Below, piece by piece: positions 55,152 to 64,000 of a DNA stretch of 64,000 nucleotides. The stretch spans positions 5,456,001-5,520,000 of the forward strand of contig NC_042997.1 in the NCBI RefSeq assembly GCF_006345805.1, given 5' to 3'. Position 1 is the first letter of the stretch; every line of letters begins with the position of its first letter. The position numbers were made by a program, and so were the translations under genes. The notes below the pieces were generated by a model. That model was not told where the DNA came from and ran no database searches. It worked only from the letters and a program-made list of their open reading frames with translations. The DNA is from Octopus sinensis (Eukaryota).

Positions 55152-56082
55152 TGTGTGTGAAACTCGTTATATATATATAATAATATATATATTTGTATGC
55201 GTGTGTGTCTTTGTGTCCCCTCCACAACCACTTGGCCGATGTTGATTGGTTTACGTACTTGTAACTTAGCGGTTTAGCAAACAGACCGACAGAGTAAGTA
55301 CCAGACTTTATAAATCAGTCCAGTACTCGATCTGTTTGACTAAATGCAGTTCCCCAGACTGGCTGCAGTACAATGACTGAAAAAATTACATGATAGAAAA
55401 TTTCTTCGTTTAAAATGTCGAAAGAAATATAACTATTTACATACTGAAAGCTATCAAATTTACTTAAGCTTGATTTCCACTCGATTAATAATAGAAATAA
55501 AATTTAATAGTTGACTTGTTTAAGTGGATGAGCTTTTGGAGAACTTAATCATATGCAAAGACATCAAATCTACAAAAATATTTTCAAAACATTCTCTGTT
55601 ACTTATTGTTTGCTCAGTTTGAAAATGGCTGTCAAGAAACTTTTTTAAAAAGGTGTAGGGTGATTTATGAATTAATTGTGATCCGCTTAACGTCAATAAA
55701 CCGAAACTACAAGTAGGTGTTTACAGACTTCACGAAATTTTGGATTTGCATAAAGATATTCAAATACTTCAATATTTTTAATGAGAGGTATTTCAACATC
55801 AGCAGTATAGGGTGGTTATGGTTATTGCTATTTAGCACTAGCTCAGTTTTAGTTCAAGTAACCCATGATCAAAGATACTTCATCTATAACCACCCCGTTT
55901 CTTTTTTATCCGAAAGTATGTTCGTCTGTCTTTGTGACGAGGACCCTAGTCCTCCTAAGTGATGACCGATGACTTTCACAGTGACGTTGTTTAAAGTGAA
56001 GAAGCGTTGCGCGCTGCTCATTTCAATCTCTCGTTCGCAACCATCTTCAACCTAGTGGAAGGACTAAGTGAAGACGAGTCAG

Positions 56083-56223
56083 GATAAAGACGGATGCAGT
56101 GGATGACCAAGATATCTTACTTGCTTCAGTCCCCTTCTCTTCACTCCACAGTGCATTGCTGAAGCCGTCTTCCTCTCCACTGAACCATAAAGGTCGCTTC
56201 CGCAGATTCCGCCTGATAGAAAG
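56083..56223 (+). other. Candidate exon (unverified)
   Basis: Strong donor AAG|GTAGGT at 56223/56224 and 141 nt open (IKTDAVDDQDILLASVPFSSLHSALLKPSSSPLNHKGRFRRFRLIE). The acceptor is weak. Confidence 0.2.
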
Positions 56224-56859
56224 GTAGGTAAACCATAATATGCTAAGTACCCTATAGCTGTGACCCTGAAAGGTGCAATCACTCTGGATCAGAGTAAAAC
56301 TGGGAACAATCGTGGCTAAGAGGTTGCTCCACACATTTCAGGGCCCCACAACCGAATGCAGTTTAAAACATGCGCATACTGCATTTATGACAATATCGAT
56401 TGTAGTTACTCTTTTTTTTCAAACGATATTGTACAAATATACATGCAGGGTATTAGGCTGGTATTAGAGAAGTCCAAACAGATCCAGCATAAACTTAATG
56501 ATTGATATATAGAGACTTCTCGTTGGCTCACCCGTGCACAATTGTTAAGATATGTATCACGTTTAACATGAATTAAATAAATTTCTACATTTTATCTTAA
56601 TCACAGCGCTCAAAGACACATCAACTATCTACTGTCTTTCTGAGCCAACTGTGAGAATGATAACATCTAGTAGCATTCCAGTCAGCGTCTGTTGCTCAGT
56701 AGTCAATCGGCAAGCGGAATAGAAGGCAGCAAAATATATATATGCAATGAATATAGTTCAAATATCACGTCGATAACTGTAAAAGTAACGTGGCATTCCT
56801 AGAAATCACCCCCATATCACACCACAATTACATTTACAAGCAATCTTTATTATTATCAC

Positions 56860-56973
56860 TGTTGTTGTTGTTGTTCGTCTTCTTCTGCTTCTTCTTCTTC
56901 TTCTCTTCTTCTTCTTCTTCTTCTTCTTCTCTTCTTCTTCTTCTTCTTCTTCTTCTTCTTCTCATTATTATTA

Positions 56974-57034
<61 letters not shown>

Positions 57035-57090
57035 TTTATTTTTATTATTATTATTTTTATTATTATTATTATCATTATTATTATTTTTAT
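56860..57090. repeat. Compound (TTG)(TTC)n(TTA)n microsatellite
   Basis: Direct reading of the sequence. Confidence 0.95.
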
Positions 57091-57329
57091 TCAGTAGGTT
57101 TTTTTTATAGCGTGCTTTCACTTCACTACCGAGCGCAGCTCTGTGTGCCTTAGGTATGTGCTGTGATTTGTTGTGATGCTCTGATGGTTATTGTATGGAA
57201 AGTGTTCTGCGTAGGATGTGTGCAGTGCCTAGTCCAACATTTTTGGTATAAGAGTCTTATCTGTATTACAACTGCATCAGAAAAGGCAGCTTGACAACAC
57301 CAAACTAACTCCAAAGAAAATATTCTATA

Positions 57330-57760
57330 AAAAACTATTTTGAGATATACGGTCTTTCATTGCCTAAAAAGCATATTTGAGAGCAATCAAAGAGAAAAGT
57401 TACCATTTTCACACGAAAAGCAGTGGTGATATTCACCTTCCTTCAAAATAGAAGATAGTAGATATACTGTCAAAAGTGAAAGAGAAATGCTTCTCGTCCA
57501 GCACTATGAGGTTTACAGGAATGTGTGCTTAGTGCTTCGAACAAAAGACACTGCGTGTAAACAACGCCCTAAGAAAAGAGGGAACACAGATTTGGCTAAC
57601 ATCAACTCTTGCTCTGAAGAAGTTTTCTAGGTTCGGAGACTTTCTTGCCTATGTCCATGGGTAGTTTGACAACGACAGAACCTCGATACTCGAAAGAAGT
57701 TGGACGGAACAATAAAGATGGTCAGAGTTGTGTGGTACAATGACTCACTCTGACTTGTAA
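57330..57760 (+). pseudogene. Possible DNA-transposon transposase remnant, unclassified
   Basis: Weak echoes FSHEK (cf. SHGK..DG) and VRRLSCLCP (cf. R.LSC.C..C) in broken frames. Confidence 0.25.
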
Positions 57761-59429
57761 GTTTTGCGAGATGTTTTTAAAATATTTTGTTTTCTTTTAT
57801 TTATGGCGTGTTTTAATATAAATTTACACTTATTCTACTTCAAATTTATTCATTGTGTTATCCGCTTTATATTTGGCCAGTTCCTCGTCCATTTATGAGA
57901 AAGGCGACCAGATTTTGGCCGAAGCATATCATTTCGCTTTTTTGATCAAAAGAACTAAAACAAATGCAAAGAAAACCATAAAATAATTGTAATTAAAAGA
58001 GTGCAATAATGTGCATCCCCGTGAACAGACTCACTTTGCTAAAGAATAGCATATATTCAGTGAATGAGATTATGCGGAGGAACCGACTCACATACCCTTT
58101 GAAGGAAGTGTAATTCAGAGCCATTCGGAACAGTAGCAGGGAAGCCTATTCGAAAAAGCTTAACACTTCGCTGACGAAGTTCTGATCAAGAAGGAGATAG
58201 ATTATATTTCTATCAAAATTTTAAATACAGAAGTAGAAATTTAAAACATATTATTAGGAGATATTTATAAAAGTCTCACTGTAGGTGCAACTTTTATAAC
58301 CATTTAAATCCATAAAACAAAAAATCATATAAAACGATGTAACACATATAAACGTTATATGGCCGCTGTAAATCATGAACGGGAGTTTCAGAAATCTCCA
58401 GCTATAAACTATATAGGGAAACAATGGAGAGTTCGTTTAATCATAATCATAAAGCTTACTGATTCACGCATTTAGCTACTGGCCATTCGGCCATCTATGT
58501 GTAGGGAGTTCCCTGCTTTAGAAACTGAATCTGGTTGTAAACAGTATGTATTTTATTATATTCTTTTTAAAATTTTTTTCATGTGCCTTATTTGTTTCTC
58601 AAAATATCATAAATTCAAGTACTTCACCCTTATCTTGGTTTCCAAATAAAATTTCTATCTCACCACACACAATTGCAACTCCTCTTTTTAAGTATATTGT
58701 ATTTTGTTGCAGATCTTGAAACCCTTGTGGCAAATAAAGAAACATTTTTAATATTATTTTTTCATAAATGTTTTTCTTTACATAAAATATTATTTATTTA
58801 TATTTATCGACTGCTCCGTCTAGAGTATGCCACCATGATTTTATTTTATTTCTTATATCATGTGTTTTTGCTTATTTCCTTTTTCATTCTTGTCTGATTT
58901 GAAAATTATCAACGTTTGATCGTATGCAGGACAGGAACGTGTACGGTCGTCAGTTAAAGCTATGTAGTCATAACAATATCATCTGGATCACATTAATTCT
59001 ACTTTGTTTGTTTGATGTGACAATAGCTTCATTTATTTATTTGTTTCTTTTACATGAAATTTAATCTCAAATTACTATGGACAACCTAATTAATTAAACA
59101 TAGACAGTTATTTGAGAAAGCTGCAGTCAGTTGATTCAGCATTTATTACTCAGCTCTGGGACGCAAATTTATATATGTGCATGTTGGGTTATTGTGTATG
59201 TCTGCGCGGGCGTGTGTAATTGTTAACATGTGTCTGTGGGTATGGATATTTAAGCGTGTATCTGTCTCTATTTATATTCAGTGTAAGAAAGATGCCTCGA
59301 TACACAAAAGCATACGCGAAAATAATCTTTCTCCTCCACTCTATCTTTCTCTCTCACTCACTCTTTCTCTCTCTCTCTCATACACACAAACACATACACG
59401 TATGCATGTACTCATACATACATGTGTGT

Positions 59430-59566
59430 GGTATGTCTGTGTGCATGTGTGGTATGTCTGTGTATGGTATGTCTGTGTGCGTGTGTGGTATGTCTGTGTA
59501 TGGTATGTCTGTGTATGGTATGTCTGTGTGCGTGTGTGGTATGTCTGTGTATGGTATGTCTGTGTG
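59430..59566 (+). repeat. Minisatellite of 13-mer GGTATGTCTGTGT with alternating spacers
   Basis: Eight cores separated by AT (15-bp unit) or GC(A/G)TGTGT (21-bp unit). Confidence 0.9.
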
Positions 59567-62500
59567 TGTTGTGTCCATACCAGCTCAAATATTTATATAT
59601 ATGCACATACATATTTATAAATGTGTGTACACATATATAGCTATGTATGTTTATGTGTGTTTGTAATGTACGTATATTCGTATGTATACACAACCACATA
59701 ATATCAGGAAGGATGAATGCTGCTCTAAATATTTGTGTTGAAGTTGATGAACTGACAATGTAGTTCATCACAGTGTGGTTACATTTTTCTTCAAAGCAAA
59801 AGATCGATTGGTTGTTTCAGAACATTTAGAACAAGCGATTAATTTTCTTGTTCGGCTCTTGAGAACGATGGAAACGATAATTGCAATTTTTACGACAGTA
59901 TCTGACGTTGTCATTCATTCGCTTCATCAAGGTATTTTGTATTACTCAAAGTAATCTTTTCGTGTGAATACTCATAAGATAGACGTCGGTAAACAGGCTT
60001 TGTCCTCAATTCGGTACAGGAAAATATATATATTTACAGCTACAGATCGGTCTTTGCGTCGACAATATTGAGTAAAGTGTTCTCTGTTACTTTAATAGAG
60101 CCCTATCAAATGTCATCTAACAGTAGTACTGTATGGATATTTCATTATCTTTAATTATCATTAATACGAGGCATTTTGTAATGAATTGTAACAGATGAAG
60201 AGTCAAGGCTCTGTAACAAATATATTTAAAATGGCAGCCGAAAATTTCAAATCACAAGGTTCAATGACAGGAAATGTAAATAAAATGAATTATACTGAGA
60301 GTTTCTAGAAACTAGCGGTTTTCATAGCTGAACAAGTGTTACTTTGAGAACAAAGTATAAACGAACAAATTTACATAATGTGATTTTGAATGTAACTGAA
60401 AGAGGTGTAAATTGATAGTGTCCGAATAATAGACAAGAAAACAGAACAAGCAAAGAGTGATAAACATGAAAACGAAATCACGAAACAATTTTAGAAAAAC
60501 ATCATAAAATTAAAGTAAAAATACAAAAACGAAAGCAAAGCATAAAAAGTCTGGTGCAGTAAATTTATCTTTCAAAACGTTGATCTATGCCTGGTTCTGT
60601 TGTTACATTGTTTACTATAGTTAGGTAATGAATTTATATTTAGAGTGATAAAGAGACATCGCATGAGAGACATAGAAAGACATAAACAGTATGTGTAATA
60701 AGACAATAGAGAAAGGAAAATTATGTAAAACGCGATGAAGAACAGTTTACATAGAGAATTGATGATCATTTCGTGATGCTGTTGCTGTTTTTGCCCAGGA
60801 CAGCAATGATCAATTAAATTTTTGTTTAAAAGTATTACAGGCATGGCCATCTCATAATTTCTAAATCAAGAAATACATTGGACAAAGAATTCCGCTTTAT
60901 GAAGTTATTCTGTGATTTCAGGTGATTTGGGTGCTATTTCTAACATATATTCAACCATTTTATTTGCTGTTGTTACCTGATCCCAGGGCAATTAAATTTG
61001 TGACCAGAGATGTTCCAGTTACAACCAGCCTAGAACTTATTGAATCATTGCTTATCTAATAAAGTATATTTATAATAAGAATGTAATTACAAAATAAAAA
61101 TTGTATTCATACACACGTACACACACATATATGTCACAAGATTATATACTGCCTTTCTTCTTAGCTGCACAGACATTTAAGCAACCAGCATGCAAACTAT
61201 CTTCGTTATCATTGTTGTTAATACATTTAACTACTACTGGCAATTCTTGATGTCCATTACGTCGTCGTTATTGTTGATGTTGCTGTCGTTGATATTTCAT
61301 CTTAGAGATCCATGAATGAGCAAAATCATCAGAGGTATTTGTTGCATCTCTCTCCAAACTGATTTCAAATCTTACTGACATCATATTTCCTAATCATCTT
61401 TTAAAGGGTGGATAAAAAAAAGTAGCAAACTGGTTTTCTGCGTCGGTGAAAATATTAAGGAGTTCTCCGTGATGCGTTGTAATGTATTTTCCTGTAGTTA
61501 GCGTTCTGATGACAACTCCTGTAACAACGCTGGTGCCTGTCAATATCGACCCTTGTTTCCCTTTGCACAACATTGTTGGTGTGTGGAACAGACATTTGTA
61601 CTCATTTCCTCGTATACGCTCACATACACACACACAAAAAAAACAGGTCTGAGCATTTGGGAAAGAAATTTCAGATGAAAATCAAGTTTCACAGGAAGAT
61701 CAACGTAACCTAAGATCCACCAAGGTAAATCAAAATTACTAAACAAAAACTAATCGTAAAGCATGCATTTTCTTATCATAGGTATTTTCCTTTAGTTGTG
61801 ATTTAAGATAATGTCCGACTTAGGAGAAGGAGAGCTTGGCTACTATTTATAGCGGGTCAAAATCAAAATAGCAACAGAAAGACACAGAGTTTGTCGGAAA
61901 ACAGAATTAAAAAGAGCAGCAGCAGGAGGCACAAAATCATGACCATGACCGCTATCATCAACAGGACCACCCTACGGAGCAATATCGTTATGAACCGCAA
62001 CATCATCGTCACAATCATGGTCATCATCATCATCATCATTCACATCAGCTACTTCAGCGGTAATTACAGCAACAACGAGTTTGATATCAAATATATAAAT
62101 TTCACCTAAATTAAACCTCACAGCGAGGAACGAAATGTAAGTATAGATTGGTCGAAAACTGGAAGGAACAAAACGTTACAACAACGACTCCTATAACGAA
62201 TATAAGAACAATACATCAATAACAGCAACAACTACAACACAAGAATGGCATTATAATGTTTTCCTGGTACATCTAAAAGTAGAGTTCTCGCCAATTCAGG
62301 AAAACCACGTAGCGAATAAGAAAAAACTGGATGTTCCGTTACTCGAAATATTTTCATCTTGCACAGTAGCTGCAATAACGAACCAGATCTAAATACAGTA
62401 GCAGACGTTAGGAGCGTCTGTAAGTCATGAGGTGGGTAGCTGGAGGGGGATACGAATAATCCATTACTGTCATTATCAAGCTTTCTCTGCCAGAGATTAT

Positions 62501-62712
62501 TCCTTCATGTCTGACCCAACTTAGAGACTATTTAAGAATTGTACATCATTTATCATAAGTTGTTTACTCTGATGTGATGAATACACATACATACATACAT
62601 ACATACACATACATACATACATACATACATACATACATACATACGTACGTACGTACTTACATACATATATAAATGCATGCATACATATACAGACACATAT
62701 CTATACATATAT

Positions 62713-62745
<33 letters not shown>

Positions 62746-62774
62746 CATGCACATACATATTCATATAAACATAC

Positions 62775-62817
<43 letters not shown>

Positions 62818-63845
62818 CATACACATACATATATGTTGTGTGTGTACAGTGTGTGTTGTGTGTATTTATCAATGTGTGCATATATGTTTGTATACATACA
62901 TAAACATACACACACACACATACTGCAAATGTACATGTATCTATGTGGGTGAGTGAATAAGTATATATATACATCTCTGTCTTCCTTTCCATATATATGT
63001 GTGTGTGTGTACGTAAATGTATCACAATTGACTTTACTACTTTGTCATAACACGCATGAACTGAGTTATTTTGTTGTCTTAATATATGGTCATCAATGGC
63101 CATCATATAATCTCTCTTATACACTCTCGTATATAAATGTATGAACATCTAAATAAATTAATAAACGTATGCAGTGAGAGAGACACTTACAAATAGCAGT
63201 ATACAAGCACATACGCGTATTCATTTACTCATATTGTATGTAGTTTCGCATTTGTTAGTGCACTACATATATTTATCTATCTGTCTGTACATCTCTGTCT
63301 CTCTTTCTCTCTATCTATCCGTCTGTGTGTATGTGTATACACATATATATGTGTGTGTTTGTGTGTATATACATATATGTGTATGTATTTGTGTGTGTAG
63401 ACAGAGAGATAGAAAGACAGACAGACAGGCAGGTAGAAACACCGACAGATATCTAGACTGACATTTCGCACACGGCTTTAGCAGATTGCTCTATAATGTC
63501 AAACAACTTCAAGTTCAGCGCGGGCATTTAATAATACATAAAAGTATATATGTGTGGCTGGTATGCGCTGTAGGATGCTAGAATTATTTACAAGTTAGCA
63601 AGTTCGAAGAAGTGGGTAAGTCAGTTACATCGACTCCGGTGCTCAACTGGTCTTTAATTTATCCACCCCGAAATGGAATTTCTCGGCAGAATTTGAATTT
63701 GGAACGTAAAGACGGACGAATTGCCGCTAAACATTTTGCTCGGAGCGGTAACGATTCTACCAGGTTGCTGCCTTATACAAGTTATACTGAAATGTAAATG
63801 TATATATATCTAAATGTATGCATGCATATGAAAGTGTACGTAGAA

Positions 63846-63885
<40 letters not shown>

Positions 63886-63917
63886 TTTATTTTAAGCAGC
63901 AGAAAATTCAACAAAAT

Positions 63918-63955
63918 CTGTTACTCTGAGTTTCTCGTTGCCGTTCATCAGACAG
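63918..63955 (-). ncRNA. Minimal type I hammerhead ribozyme motif, canonical core
   Basis: Minus strand reads CTGT-CTGATGA-A-CG(GCAA)CG-A-GAAA-CTCAGAG-T-A-ACAG: 4-bp stem I, GNRA-capped 2-bp stem II, near-palindromic stem III, GUA cleavage. Confidence 0.75.
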
Positions 63956-64000
63956 TTTTTGCTACCAAAAACTGTCTGATGAACGGCAACGAGAAACTCA
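63927..64000. repeat. Perfect inverted repeat of at least 35 bp with a 4-nt loop, running off the window end
   Basis: 63927-63961 is the exact reverse complement of 63966-64000; the loop is CTAC. Confidence 0.95.

Noticed and set aside
58148-58185. GAAA-AAGCTT...CTGACGA permuted hammerhead-like words
   Set aside because: No stem I or II pairing and a single occurrence.
59430-59566. Repeat-spacer pattern resembling a CRISPR array
   Set aside because: The spacers are 2-8 nt and repetitive, there are no cas genes, and the context is eukaryotic.
61915-62060. His/Gln-rich reading frame
   Set aside because: Decayed (CAT)/(CAG) trinucleotide repeat bounded by stops, with no start or splice signals.

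Overview
AT-rich, microsatellite-dense eukaryotic DNA with no confidently callable host gene. The tRNA-derived SINE families and repeat load look like an Octopus (coleoid cephalopod) genome; this is inferred, not database-checked. Almost all long ORFs in the supplied track are translations of (TA)n/(CA)n arrays. Real coding content is transposon-derived: a near-intact Penelope-like element (RT + GIY-YIG, minus, ~17.2-19.7 kb), a near-intact but 5'-truncated Dong/R4-type LINE (RT + CCHC + RLE, minus, 34.3-37.9 kb) ending in (TAA)n, a decayed second Penelope-like element (45-47 kb), RTE and CR1-like LINE remnants, and a mariner derivative built from two inverted left ends. The most interesting signal is a set of minimal type I hammerhead-ribozyme motifs from at least three families, readable directly from the sequence. 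These are (i) a ~200-bp (TA)n-embedded element in 4 copies, all with a non-canonical U at core position 6, (ii) a U3-A8 compensatory-core hammerhead downstream of the Penelope ORF, and (iii) a canonical-core hammerhead inside a perfect 35-bp inverted repeat at the window end. A near-identical tandem triplication (3-5.9 kb) and four weak candidate plus-strand exons are also noted. All alignments and folds were done by eye.
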